This document shows positions 13,910-26,488 of a DNA stretch of 64,000 nt, piece by piece; the stretch's first letter is position 1, and every line of letters starts with the position of its first letter. A program made the translations under genes and the position numbers. The notes under the pieces were generated by a model that did not search any database, was not told the origin of the DNA, and saw only the letters and a list, made by a program, of their open reading frames with translations. This DNA is from Schizochytrium sp. TIO01 (taxonomy: Eukaryota > Protista > Bigyra: Labyrinthulomycetes), in the NCBI GenBank assembly GCA_004764695.1, contig SMSO01000037.1, positions 1,154,747-1,218,746 of the forward strand. Direction: 5' to 3'.

Positions 13910-16158
13910 ATGGGCGTGAGACCAAGCAGACCCGACTCGGAGGGGCCCGAATATGGCGAGGAGTTTATGCCCGACTACAATGATGACGAAGTCAAGTATT
14001 GCATGTTCAAGGACGATGTGGCGAAAATTCGCTATGCGCAGAAAGGAATTGCGGCAAGGCCTGAAGAAGGAGGCTTCCCAAGCCATACGCTCGTGCAGGC
14101 TTTCCAGCTTGCTGCGGAATCGAGTCCAGGACAAACCTGCTCTTCGAGTTGAGCGACCCCTGCCTGAATTTTCGCCAGAGACTGGTGCGCCCGCGCCGCT
14201 ACCAACAGACCAATGGAAAACTTGGACTTGGCACGAATATTATCAAGAGTCGCGAGCAGTGGCCAAAGCGTTCCTCGCTTTGGGGGCTGTGAGATATGAT
14301 GGTGTCATGATTTTGGGGTTCAATTCCCCAGAGTGGTTCATGGCACAAATGGGCGCCATGATGATGGGCGCCATCACGGCCGGCGTCTATCCCACAGACA
14401 CAAAGGCACAGGTTGCGTACAAATCTCAGCTGGCAGACGGCGCGATTGCTGTAGTGGACTCAGCCTCTAATTTTGAGAAGTTCGCCGGTGTGGTAGATGA
14501 ACTGCCCGAGTTACGGGCAATCATTACATGGGGATGCGAAAAGGAGGATGTCACCCGCAGCGATGGCTCCGTTGTTAAAGTCATGACATGGGAGCAACTG
14601 ATTGCGATGGGAAGCAAGGAAACTAACGACGAAGAGTTGGACGAAATTATTGATAGTATCAAGCCTGGTAACTGCGCACTCCTTGTCTTTACTAGTGGAA
14701 CCACTGGAATGCCAAAGGCTGTCATGATTAGCCACGATAATATGTTATTTGTCGTCTTTTCAGTCGTTGAGCGAAATGTACCAGATTTTGGCCTCTTGCC
14801 TGAGCAAGAACGTCTTCTGTCTTATCTTCCTCTGTCTCATGTGGCCGGTATGATGGTAGATATTGTTGTGCCATTGGTCGCAACTGGGATACCGTCCGTG
14901 CTGGACAACCACCCACTTTGCTCGTCCGTACGATCTTAAGCAGGGAAGTCTCGGTGATCGTCTTCGCGTAGTGCGCCCCACTTTCTTTCTTGGTGTACCT
15001 CGTGTCTATGAAAAGATTGCAGAAAAGCTCAAGTCTATTGGAGCCAAAACGACCGGCGTTCGAAAGTCCATTTCGAACTGGGCAAAAGCGCAGGCAAAGT
15101 ATGCGCAGGACCACAAGCTCTTGGGAGGCGACGGTGCAACTGGTCTCATGTATCCAGTAGCAAACAAGCTCCTCGGTAAGGTGCACGAAGCCCTCGGTTT
15201 AGATATTGCGAAATCGATCCTCTCCGGAGCCGCTCCTCTTTCCATAGACACTGTCGAGTACTTTGCGCAGATTGGTCTCAATGTCAACGAGGTCTATGGT
15301 ATGTCCGAATGTACTGGCGTTGCTACATGGAGTACAGATGACTGCCACATGTGGGGTAGCGTAGGTTTTCAGGTCGAGGGAACTGAGGTGAGAGTTTTTG
15401 AAGTTTCCGAAGACGGTTCGAAGAGGGAATGCCCCAAAGCTGAGAACTTTGACCGGCCAACTGATGAAGAGCAGGGTGAGCTCTGCCTTCGCGGCCGCAA
15501 CATCATGATGGGCTACCTTGCAAACCCGAAGCTGGGAGAAGAGCATGTGGAAGATATTCGGGCTAAGAACGAGGCTGCGATTGACAACGAGGGCTTTCTT
15601 CACAGTGGTGACAGGGGCATCAAGACGACACAAAACATTTACCGCATTACCGGTCGCTATAAAGAGCTCATCATTACAGCCGGCGGAGAAAACATTTCCC
15701 CAGTGCCAATCGAGGACGCTCTCAAAAAGGTCTGTCCTATAGTTTCCAATGCTGTGATGATTGGAGACAAGCGCAAATTTAATGTAATGCTTATTACTTT
15801 GACTACCCAGGGAGCCAATGGAGAGCGACCTGGCACTGAAAACTTGGCTGGAGATGCAGCAAAACTTGATAAACAAATCTCTACTCTGCCAGAAGCAATG
15901 AAGTCTGATAAATTCATCAAGACTATTACCGACGCCCTTACTGTTGTGAACAAGGATGATCGAGTTGTTGTTTCCAACGCTTCGAAGATTCAAAAATTCA
16001 CTATTTTGCCCCGTGATCTTTCAGTGGAGACTGGCGAAATTACTCCATCCCTGAAACTGAAGCGCTCGGTGACTCAAGATAATTTCCATGACATCATTGA
16101 GCTCATGTACAAGTCTGACCAGGTTTATGTGTCGTACAATGACCTCATCCATGAATAG
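13910..16158 (+). CDS. ACSBG: Long-chain acyl-CoA synthetase, bubblegum (ACSBG)-like, paralog 1 (~748 aa); two +1 frame breaks (GG 14129-14130, GGG 14886-14888)
   Basis: ATG at 13910 (MGVRPS). Motifs VFTSGTTGMPKAVMISHDN, YLPLSH, YGMSE, LHSGD, TGRYKELIITAGGENI and GEITPSLKLKR. Removing one G at each site restores SP-DKPALRVERP and ATGYRPCWTTTHFARPYDL, colinear with the three paralogs. A recent pseudogene is the alternative. Confidence 0.9.
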
Positions 16159-18691
16159 TAAGCGAGATCTGGTTACATTTTAAAGCTTTTGACATTCCTA
16201 CTTGCGGACGGTTTACCACATGAACATGCACAGATTTATGCTTTGCAGAGTTCCAGTGAACAATTTGGCTATGTTTCTTCTTCTTCGATAAAATAACATA
16301 GATTTAAAGCTACTATTTCTCTTTAATTAATACCTCTGACGAGCGATAGCGATTTTGTTATATATTCCTCTCAAGGTATTTCTCATGCTCGCTCAAGTTC
16401 TTTCCGACAACGAACATTCACTTTCTTCGCCTGCATTCTATGTTGACCCGTGGCGTCTATTCCCAGACGAAGAGTCTAGAAACAGTTTTGATCATGGCTC
16501 CTGAAGAGATGCCTGGCTTCTTGCTACCCCACTGTCAATCTTACGTGGTCTTTTTCATAGTCCCACTTAAACTTCAGTGACCAAAGATCGTCAGTCTGAT
16601 TAGAGTGTGTTCGTCACCTGTAGGTACTAATTAGGGCTCATTCAGAATGCCGCTCGTTGTCGCTAACAGGTGCCTAGAATCTCCCCATCGTTGCAATGAA
16701 TTTTCGAAGGAGTCTTTAGGCACCTCAGCCATTGGCACCCGCTCCTTGCAAACTCGCAACTGCGCCGGCACGGATCGTGTTGAAAGCGTAAGTTCTAAGT
16801 TTCTGACCTTCAACCTCTTCTTCGATGAGACGGTCGAACCCCTAAACCTCTGTTGTGCTGGGCGATAAGCAATCGTCCGGCTCTGCATCTCTCTTCACTC
16901 TGCATCGCCATGATGACCGCCCATTTCTGTCTGCCCGTCGATTCCTGCTTCTTATCTTCTTCGTGCACTTTGCCTGCGAGTTACGGCGGATTCTGGCACA
17001 TTTCCAGCGCCCGCAGATGCCAGCCGGTACGTGGTACTGACTCTTTGCAGCACGTCTCTTCAGGCCGGACGATCACAGCAACCTGTGTGAGGGCTGCGTT
17101 GTCGGAAACCCTCTCCGACTTGTCCTAAACGCGCGATCTGTTGCGTAGCAGAAGAGATGGCCTCGCCTTGAAAGTGGTCTCGTCACAATTACAATGTTGC
17201 ATTCCTATGAAACTTACAAAGGGAGTTGGTTACCTATTAGTCTTTAGTACCCGTTGGTTAATCAGAACAGCGTGGAAATGCGCAGCATTAAGAGTCGAAG
17301 TGCCACGCGATGCCCCCTCTTCCTGCTAAGACACCGCCGCACGTCAACAAGACCTGCCGTAGATCTTCTTCAACGCCATGATCGCTCAAATCGAGAGAGA
17401 ACTGTCGTAGTTGCCAACCTCAATGACGATCGATGTCTTGGAGCTAAGTGCTGACAGCCTGGTAAAAGAAAATTTATGTTCTTTTAGGTGGCCAGTTTGT
17501 AGAATGCAAATCACCCGTGTACCTGCACAACTACTGCCAACACGTTGCATTTTCTTTGAAGAAGGTCGCAGTGCTCCACGAACGAAGATGCTTCCGCGTC
17601 GACGTCCAATTTTCCGGCCAACGGAAGCGATGTTGATGCTAATTTTCATCATCTTCTTCATGATCATCATGACATGACATGGACAGTCCTACTTGAGGCG
17701 ACCTGGGAGGTACTTGGCCTCTGCATGTAGTATCTGCACGCCTAAGAGGACCATCCATCTTCGGTTGATTTCGCTCGCTCGAGGCTCGTGAGAGTCTCGA
17801 TTCATCGATAAACCGCGACGGTCTCTGGAGCTTTTGTTTCCGTGTTGTTGAGAATTGGCTGCTGCAAATAAATCGTCACTCTTGTGCTTTCGGGAGATCG
17901 ATCTTGAGTTCGCCAAACACTCGATCAACAACAACCTGCGAGTTCAACTGCATTTGGAGGGAACTTGAGGCGATCTCAACAACGCGAACGAGAGCGGTGA
18001 TCTCAGCCTGCGGGAATTGGATGCCTCCTCGCATAGCTAGCTTTGGCAAACAGATCAGCCATCACTGCACCATTTTGTTGACAAACTTGAAGAACCCTAT
18101 TGAGCCACAGTGAAATTAACACCTCGAGTTTCCAAAACCGTGCTTGGACGAAGGGGTTTTGTTTTAGTTGATCAACAGTTGTGTGTGTGCTGGAGAAAAG
18201 CCAACTTCAGCAGGCAATAAACCTGAGGCAGAAATGAGTATGCGCTCTGTTTGAGCCTACTTCGGAGAGAAGGAGAGAAGAAGTTCTATCTGGCGATACG
18301 CGAAGAGATGTGCAAAACGTACTTTCAGACCTGCACGGCCAAGAGAGGGGAGGTTGCTCTGTACTGCTCGCTCGAGCGAGAACTCGAGAGCAGAGCATAG
18401 CATCATCAGCGTTAGGTGTGTTGTGTAGAAGAAACTATGAATGGAACAAGTTTTTTGGAAAAAGAAAGTAAAAGAAGGAAGCAAGTAGCAGTTGATTAGG
18501 CGTTTTTCCAAGGTGGGTCTAGATCTTGGATTTTCAAGATTGACTAAAACTGAGCGAACAACAACCAAAAGAAATCAAGTCAGTTAACCAGACCAGATCC
18601 GGCAAAACCAAATCGACAACTTCGAGAGCAAGAACTCAGAGGAAAAGTTAGCAAAGCAAAAGACCACATTGAGGGACTGAAAAGAGGCATC

Positions 18692-20920
18692 ATGGGAGCC
18701 AAAGGAAGCACGCCGGCGACACAAGGTATGGAGTGGGGTCCCGAATACCTCTCGGATTACAGTGACACCAAACCCAAGTTTTGCATGTATAAAGATGATG
18801 TTGCGACTATTCGTTATGCTGCCAAGGGACCCGCTGCTCGAGAGGCTGACGGTGGAGCACCGGAAGCTACACTCGTGCAAACTCTGCAACGTGCAGCAAG
18901 CAAATGGCCAGACAAGCCTGCATTTTGCGTTGAGCGACCAGTTCCTGATCAAAATCCACTTAATACATCTACACCCCTCGATCAATGGCAAACCTGGACT
19001 TGGGACAAGTACTACAAAGATTGCCGAGCTGCTGCCAAGGCTTTTTTGACCCTCGGAGCTGTGCGCTATGACGGCATTATGATTCTGGGCTTCAACTCCC
19101 CAGAATGGGTCATGGCTCAAATGAGTGCTATGATGATCGGTGGCAAAGCGAGTGGTATCTACCCTACTGATTCACCTGCTCAAGTAATGCACAAGACCAC
19201 ACTTGCCGATGGATCAGTCGCTGTCGTCGGAACTGAGGTCGATTTCAACAAATTTGCAGAGAGCATCAATGACATGCCTTACCTCAGAGCGATTGTTACC
19301 TGGAGCTGCAAGAAGAGCGACTTGACAAGGTCAGACGGATCCAGTGTTAAAGTCATGACATGGGACGAGCTTCTTGAGCTTGGCAACAAAGCTGAAAATG
19401 ACCAAGAACTTGACTCTTTGATTGAGGCAACGCAGCCTGGAAACTGCTGTGTTCTTGTTTTTACTAGCGGCACGACTGGCATGCCAAAGGCAGTTATGGG
19501 TAGCCATGATAGCATCAACTTTGAGGTCCATTCAATCTCAACAAGCTGTATCCCCCAATACGGAAAAACACCCGAGCAAGAGCGTATCATCTCGTATCTT
19601 CCTCTTTCCCATATTGCTGGAATGCTTGCGGATATTGCGTTGCCACTTTACAGCACAGCCTACCATACGGGCTGGACCACCCTTTACTTTGCGCGGCCGT
19701 ATGACCTTCGATCCGGTACTCTCGGCGATCGCTTGCGCTCAGTGCGTCCTACGTTATTTCTTGGAGTACCTCGAGTGTATGAGAAAATAGCTGACAAGAT
19801 CAAAGCGGTGGGCGCACAATCGGGATACCTCAAGGCAACTATTTCTGGTTGGGCCAAGGGGCAGAGCAAGTATGCGCTCGAAAACCAACTTGTTGGCAAA
19901 TCTGGAGATGCTGGGCTCTTGTATCCGGTTGCTGCTTCAATTCTTAAGAAGGTCCATCAAGCGATCGGTCTTGACCAGGCAAAAGTCATCCTTTCGGGGG
20001 CCGCACCACTTTCCACAGAAATTCTAGAGTACTTTGGCCAACTTGGTCTCAACATCAACGAGGTATATGGTATGTCCGAGAGCACAGGTGCAACGACATG
20101 GAACACAGACGAATGTCATGAATGGGGCACTGTTGGTATGAGCCTCGGGGGAACAGAGGTCTGTGTGCTTACTCCTGACGAGAGCGGTAAGAACGTTGTG
20201 TGCCCAAAAGCTCAGATCTCAGACAAGCCTACTGAAGCCGAGCAAGGAGAAATTTGCATCCGCGGCCGGCATATCATGATGGGCTATCTCGCAAATCCCA
20301 AGCTTGGCGAAGATCACGTTGCCGAAATTTTGCATAAAAACATGGAAACTATCGATGACCAGGGCTTTTTACACAGCGGTGACAAGGGTAGCAAAAGCAT
20401 GCGCAACATGTATCGCATCACGGGTCGGTACAAGGAGATTATTATCACTGCTGGTGGTGAGAACATCGCTCCTTCACCTATTGAGGAAGCTCTCAAGAGG
20501 AAATGCCCTCTTTTGTCTAATGTGATCATGGTTGGAGATCAGCGCAAATTCAATGTTGCTCTCATCACACTCGCAGCGAAAGGTGCCTCTGGGGAAGAGC
20601 CTGGTACCGATGAACTCGATGGAGCTGCAGCTGCTTTTGACTCCTCCATTTCTACAATTCCTGAGGCTACTGCATCAAAGACCTTTGTCCAAGCGATCAT
20701 TGACGCTCTTAACGAGGTTAACTCGGATGGTACGGCTGTTGCCTCGAATGCTGCAAAGATCCAGAAATTCACGATTCTCCCCGTTGATATTTCAGTACAG
20801 ACAGGCGAGCTCACACCATCACTCAAGCTTAAGCGCTCCGTCACCGAGGCTAAACACAAATTCATCATCGATCAAATGTACCAGTCAAGCGAAATATTCG
20901 TTCCGTACAGATCCGCCTAA
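18692..20920 (+). CDS. ACSBG: Long-chain acyl-CoA synthetase, ACSBG-like, paralog 2 (742 aa)
   Basis: Intact ORF with AMP-binding P-loop FTSGTTGMPK, YGMSE, LHSGD, ITGRYKEIIITAGGENI and GELTPSLKLKR. Confidence 0.95.
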   Translation: MGAKGSTPATQGMEWGPEYLSDYSDTKPKFCMYKDDVATIRYAAKGPAAREADGGAPEATLVQTLQRAASKWPDKPAFCVERPVPDQNPLNTSTPLDQWQTWTWDKYYKDCRAAAKAFLTLGAVRYDGIMILGFNSPEWVMAQMSAMMIGGKASGIYPTDSPAQVMHKTTLADGSVAVVGTEVDFNKFAESINDMPYLRAIVTWSCKKSDLTRSDGSSVKVMTWDELLELGNKAENDQELDSLIEATQPGNCCVLVFTSGTTGMPKAVMGSHDSINFEVHSISTSCIPQYGKTPEQERIISYLPLSHIAGMLADIALPLYSTAYHTGWTTLYFARPYDLRSGTLGDRLRSVRPTLFLGVPRVYEKIADKIKAVGAQSGYLKATISGWAKGQSKYALENQLVGKSGDAGLLYPVAASILKKVHQAIGLDQAKVILSGAAPLSTEILEYFGQLGLNINEVYGMSESTGATTWNTDECHEWGTVGMSLGGTEVCVLTPDESGKNVVCPKAQISDKPTEAEQGEICIRGRHIMMGYLANPKLGEDHVAEILHKNMETIDDQGFLHSGDKGSKSMRNMYRITGRYKEIIITAGGENIAPSPIEEALKRKCPLLSNVIMVGDQRKFNVALITLAAKGASGEEPGTDELDGAAAAFDSSISTIPEATASKTFVQAIIDALNEVNSDGTAVASNAAKIQKFTILPVDISVQTGELTPSLKLKRSVTEAKHKFIIDQMYQSSEIFVPYRSA

Positions 20921-21962
20921 GCACAAAATTCCTTCATAAAACTACAAGATCTATAACTAAGTTTCACAGTTCGAGTTACTATTCACATTAATCTCGTCTC
21001 GCGTACGCTGGTGGCCAAAACAACAATTGAGCTTAACTAAGTAGGTACTCTCTTGCTGCAAATGCGATTGCATGCGCTCTTTCTTATGTTTATAATTTTT
21101 TCCTGATCCTAATCTAAAATGCAAGCCAACCTTGCGACCTTTGCTTGATCTAGCATACCCTGTTGACGCAAGTGCAGCGCGCGTGTGCGCATCTGCAAAC
21201 AAGTTGGCGTCAATCAAATTAACTCTAATAATTTTTTTCGCCTCACCAGTTCATTTACAGGGCTCTATCAAAAGCTGAATGGCCCATTTGCAGATGCTCA
21301 AGAAAAATGTTAACTAATAAATCACCCACTGCCACGCCGTCAACTTTGCGTCTTAACCTAAAGCTGAACTACAGCATCTTGAACATGGGTGCCGTGGTAC
21401 CTAGGTAGATAGTAACACCGTAAAAACCATCTTGGAGAATGGGAGCATGGTCCCAACACAACTGCACTTGTAGTACACACCAACACTTGTAATGAGTACT
21501 ACTACTACTACATCTTGGGCTGCGCAGCCGACAGACGCAGAGCTTGAAGTTGCGGCAAGCTTGGTATGCAAAAGAGGAGTTGAGCTGGGTCAAGGAACCA
21601 TACAAGTCAAGCGCAAAGTCGCCAAAGCTGTAAAGATCTGGGCTCGCTACGTGAGGGTGAACCAGGTACGTGAGCTGCTCAGTCTCCAAGTGGCTCCAGC
21701 GTAACGGGGTAGGTAGGTAGTTCGCTGAGGTATGAGGATATTGTTTGTGAAACGAACGTTGCCAGGCACTAGGTACCACGACTATCTGCTTGCTTGCGTG
21801 CTTGCGTGCTTGCTTGCTTGCTTGCTTGCTTCGCAAGCACATGGACGGATTTTCCAAGGGACGAAAAATTGTAAAAAAACACAGTCAAACTAATGTCTGA
21901 AAAGCAGCTTATACAGGAGGCCCTTTACGAGATTTCAAGATCGTAACCTCAATCAGGGTGAC

Positions 21963-24203
21963 ATGGGTGCGAAACCGAGCAAGTCCATTGCTACCGGGCC
22001 AATCTACGGGCCTGAGGAGCTATCTGACTTCAGCGACAGTGAACCTCGGTTCCACATGTTCAAGGATGACGTAGCAAGAATTCGCTATGCTAAAATTGGT
22101 CATGCTGCTCGCGCCATGGATGGTGGGGCACCTGAGGGTACACTCCCAGTGGCTTTTTATACGGCTTCGAAACGCTTCGCAGACAGACCAGCTATTTGTG
22201 CTGAGCGTCCTGTACCACTTGCAAGCAGCCCAAAGAGTGTCCCACCCTCTGCTCCCTTGGCCGAATGGAAAACGTGGACATGGAAGGCTTACTATGAAGA
22301 ATCCAGGGCAGTTGCTATGGCATTTATGAAGCTTGGTGCTGTTCGCTACGATTCTGTGGTGATTCTTGGTGTCAATTCTCCAGAATGGTTCATGGCAGAA
22401 ATGGGCGCTATTCTGATGGGTGGCAAGTCCGCTGGTTTGTATCCAACAGATAACAAAGCAACTATTGCTTATAAGACCAAACTTGCAGATGGTGTCATTG
22501 CTGTTGTAGATTCTGCCTCTAACTTTGAAAAGTTTGCTTCGCAAATTGAAGAGTTGCCTTATCTTAAGGCAATTGTGACCTGGAATTGTGAACGAAGCGA
22601 CCTCACTCGCCAAAATGGAACCAGGGTGGAAGTGTTGACCTGGCCTTCTCTCGTCAAGCTTGGAGAGACCGAAGGCGATGAAGAAAGCCTCAACGAGACT
22701 ATCAAGGCTATACAGCCTGGAAATTGTGCCTGCCTTGTCTTTACAAGTGGTACAACGGGGTTGCCTAAGGCTGCCATGATCAGTCATGACAACTTGCTTT
22801 ATCAGTGTCACGTTGTGCTATCTGGTGGCTTTGAAGGTCTTGGCGTTTCTGGAAACCAAGAAAGAGTGCTTTCGTACTTGCCCCTGTCACATGTGGCTGG
22901 TATGATGTTTGATGTCATTGCTCCTGTTGTGATGAGTGCTTTTTGGCCTTCCTTTGTCACCACATACATTGCACGCCCATATGACCTTAAAATGGGTAGT
23001 CTCGGAGATCGTCTCCGGGCTGTGCGCCCTACTGTTTTCTTAGCCGTACCTCGTGTTTACGAAAAGATTGCTGAGAAGCTCAAGCTTGCAACTAGTCAAT
23101 CGACAGGTCTTAAAAAGTCCGTGATAGATTGGGCAATGGGTCAAGCTTTATACTCTGCCAAACAAAACATGGTTGGTGGCACGGGAGAACAAGGCACAAT
23201 GTATTCTGTTGCTTCGAAACTATTAGGCCAAATTCACCAAGCTCTTGGACTCGATCAAGTTAAGGGTTTAGTCGTTGGCGGTGCCCCAATTTCGAGAGGT
23301 ACTCTTGAATTCTTTGCCCAGCTCGATATTCACATTATGGAAACTTATGGAATGTCCGAAACAACTGCTGGTGGAACCTGGAGTACCAAAGCTTGTCATC
23401 TTTGGGGTTCGGCTGGATTTCCCTTTCAAGGCAGCGAAATCGTTGTTCTCAATACTGCGGAGACAAAAAGCGCTCCGTTTGAAGAATGTCCTCATGCAAA
23501 GGATCTGATGCAACCAACTGAAGATGAACAAGGTGAGCTGTGCTTTCGTGGCCGTCATGTGATGATGGGCTATCTCGCTAACCCAAAGCTTGGCGAGGCT
23601 CATGTGGAGGAAATGCGTCGTCAAAACGAGGACACTATCGACACTCGTGGTTACTTGCATAGTGGCGATAAGGGAAGCAAAAATGACCAAAACATGGTTC
23701 GTATTACCGGACGATACAAGGATATTATCATCACCGCTGGCGGTGAGAACGTCCCTCCTGTACCGATCGAATACGCTGTGAAAAAAAAATGTCCCTTTAT
23801 TTCTAATGTTGTAATGATTGGCGACCAACGCAAGTTCAACATTGCCTTAATCACTCTACTTGCTAAAGGGGCAGCAGGAGAACACGCAGGCACCGACGAG
23901 CTCGATGGCGATGCTGCTACCTTCGTAGATGGGGTGACAAAAGTTTCCGAAGCAATGCACTCACAAAAATTTATCTCTGCCATTCAAAGCGCAATTGCTG
24001 AAGTGAATGTTGATGGCGAAGTTGTGCCCTCCCGAGCTGCTAGAATCCAGAAATTTACTATTCTCCCGCACGATTTGTCGATCGAAAATGAAGAACTCAC
24101 ACCCTCCCTCAAACTTCGACGTAGCAAAACTATGGAAATCTACAATGACATAATTAATAAGGTCTATGCATCAAGCGAAACCTACGTTCCTTACGATCTT
24201 TGA
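21963..24203 (+). CDS. ACSBG: Long-chain acyl-CoA synthetase, ACSBG-like, paralog 3 (746 aa)
   Basis: Intact ORF with FTSGTTGLPK, YLPLSH, YGMSE, LHSGD, ITGRYKDIIITAGGENV and ELTPSLKLRR. Confidence 0.95.
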   Translation: MGAKPSKSIATGPIYGPEELSDFSDSEPRFHMFKDDVARIRYAKIGHAARAMDGGAPEGTLPVAFYTASKRFADRPAICAERPVPLASSPKSVPPSAPLAEWKTWTWKAYYEESRAVAMAFMKLGAVRYDSVVILGVNSPEWFMAEMGAILMGGKSAGLYPTDNKATIAYKTKLADGVIAVVDSASNFEKFASQIEELPYLKAIVTWNCERSDLTRQNGTRVEVLTWPSLVKLGETEGDEESLNETIKAIQPGNCACLVFTSGTTGLPKAAMISHDNLLYQCHVVLSGGFEGLGVSGNQERVLSYLPLSHVAGMMFDVIAPVVMSAFWPSFVTTYIARPYDLKMGSLGDRLRAVRPTVFLAVPRVYEKIAEKLKLATSQSTGLKKSVIDWAMGQALYSAKQNMVGGTGEQGTMYSVASKLLGQIHQALGLDQVKGLVVGGAPISRGTLEFFAQLDIHIMETYGMSETTAGGTWSTKACHLWGSAGFPFQGSEIVVLNTAETKSAPFEECPHAKDLMQPTEDEQGELCFRGRHVMMGYLANPKLGEAHVEEMRRQNEDTIDTRGYLHSGDKGSKNDQNMVRITGRYKDIIITAGGENVPPVPIEYAVKKKCPFISNVVMIGDQRKFNIALITLLAKGAAGEHAGTDELDGDAATFVDGVTKVSEAMHSQKFISAIQSAIAEVNVDGEVVPSRAARIQKFTILPHDLSIENEELTPSLKLRRSKTMEIYNDIINKVYASSETYVPYDL

Positions 24204-26488
24204 TGTTCAGGTCAAAACTAACCCAGATGCGAGCCACAGAAATTCATATCTGAACCACACGGAACTGTCATCATTTCCTTCAATAAAGATATAATATAAA
24301 TTTAATGTCACGCTGTAGCTTGGTTCAAAGAAACCAAAGCGTTGCCACTTCGGAATTCTCTCCGATCCTCGTGTTTCGCTCCGAAAATAAGCTACTCTGG
24401 TGAGGTAATGCATCGAGTAGTACCGATCTACTAATTGACTCATGGCAATTCAATCGTAGCTGCCACGATGGTACCTAGGTGATAGCAGCAGTCATTCTCA
24501 AGCTTCTTTGATAGGTGTACGGTGTCCATGCGCCTCTCTTATTAGTTCAATTTTTTAGTCGTACCTCCCTCATCCAAGGCGCGTGCACAACACCTATTAT
24601 CGCTAGAAGGTCTTACTTTCTTGCTCCATCTTACATCATAACATTATTAAGATTCTGCCATAAGCCCAGTCACCTGAGCCAACGCCATCACTCTGTAGCG
24701 TCGTCGTTACACGCGGTCGTCGTCGCCATATTTATTGAACTCCGTTCCTACAGATTCAATAGTTCTTGGCCATCTCTAAGTGTTGTTGTGCACATGCCCT
24801 CTGCCAAGGTATGTAGGTATATATAATATACCTTCTAAAAGCCTCGCGAGGAGAAGCTTTCAGGCTCCAAGGCCCCAGCTCCAGTCCCTCCAGCTCCCTG
24901 CCATGGATGGCTATTTCGCAAGCAACCGGTTACCTTAAACTTCAAGTTAAGCATCGACGAAAATGATTGTGGTTATCGATGTTCTTCATGACATTAAGAT
25001 TTTACTCTTGATTCCCGAAGTGCACACCTCTGAAAATTGAAACTGGGAAACTTTTTATTCTCTTTTAGGAGGAGCCCAAGGCTTCTGCGGCACGTCTTTA
25101 CTCGTGTCATCAGCCACGTGGCGTACTTCAGAACTGTCTCTCGTGTCGTGCAGCACAGCACTAACAGCCTGCTTGTGGATTGCTTGTATTGATTGCTTGT
25201 GGTCTCTATCTCGAGAGATCAATATTTAGTTTTGCCTACGAGAAGCCTCCAAAGCGACATTAAAGTGATGATGCCGAAGTGGAGGAAGAAGGATTCTACA
25301 GTTCGATGTTCTCGTTGGATGTTTTCAGCTGACAATGGCGCCTTCGTTGAGACCCAAGCACCTAGCTAGAAAGCCATTTGCGGGCCAGCATGTCGCGCTT
25401 TTGCAAACTCTGGCGAATGGACTTTGATTGATAACTTGAGTTACGTCCTCACATCTTCGCAGTTTGTAAATCGATCCTTTGATTGAATGAAATAAAGAGA
25501 AGATGAAATAAAGAGAAAACGCGCTGTTTAGTGTTTTGACTACCTATGATGAATTATTATTATTATCCTTCAAACTAATATAGTTTGAGAAGTGAAATTG
25601 AAAGTTTTCAGTTTTATGAAATGAATAACTTGAAATAGGTAAACAATAATAATGGTACATATGCCCTATCTTTGAAAGTATTTTCTGCGCTGTGCACTTT
25701 CTCCGCCTCAACGTGGAGCAGCAGACCGCGAATCGAGGACGCCGCGCAAGGTAGGTTGATGCCCTCCGCCATATCACGAGCGCCTTCCTTTGCGCTCTTG
25801 TATCCACCCTCCACGGTTTTGTCTGTCCATCTGGGCTTGTTGCTGATGGCGTGGGAGTAGCGCTCAAGGTGGCATTGAACATTCTGCGTCCAAGTCTTTA
25901 TTATGTTCTCTTTCTTCTAGCATGATATCCTTCTCGCTCATCACCGCCGTTCTAAGCTGCATATGCGTGCTTTGAAGTATCGAACTTCAATGCTGCCTAC
26001 GAATATGCTTTCCAGTCTTGAGCTTTGTAGTGATATTTTGGGACAAAGGGGTAGTGATTTCTGGAATGGCTCAACTCTCTTGTGAAAGTCACTGCTTTTC
26101 CTCAGATAAGCTTCAAGAACAGGAATAACCTCATTGGTGGTGATGCATAATACGATGAAGAGCCAAAGGGGGTGAAGGAGATAATTAGATCGAGATGAAA
26201 AACAAGGGCCATGATGGCTGTACAAGAATAGGTAGTGAAGCCAGTATCCATGGAACTTTCTGAATTGGAGAACGAGGGGGGAATTTGGTGTATGTGGCAA
26301 TCCACGCGCACCATGATGAAAGAGAGTGAACATTGAAAACTAACTAAAACCAGGTTTACATTGCATTGCATCCCAATCACTGTACTTAATTCAACTCGAT
26401 CGTGGATATTTAGTCCTCTACTTATATTTTACTTTGTTGATATAACTTTCTGGTGGCAGCGCAGCAAGGTACTCCGATCGTAGCAACT

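Noticed and set aside
15199-15993. Long antisense ORFs over ACS and other genes (e.g. 22020-22811, 42858-43517, 9196-9711)
   Set aside because: Shadow ORFs caused by the codon bias of the real genes on the opposite strand.
13910-16158. ACS paralog 1 as a true pseudogene
   Set aside because: Not favoured: all catalytic motifs are intact, there are no in-frame stops after repair, and the same +1 defect recurs in unrelated genes. It cannot be fully excluded without reads.
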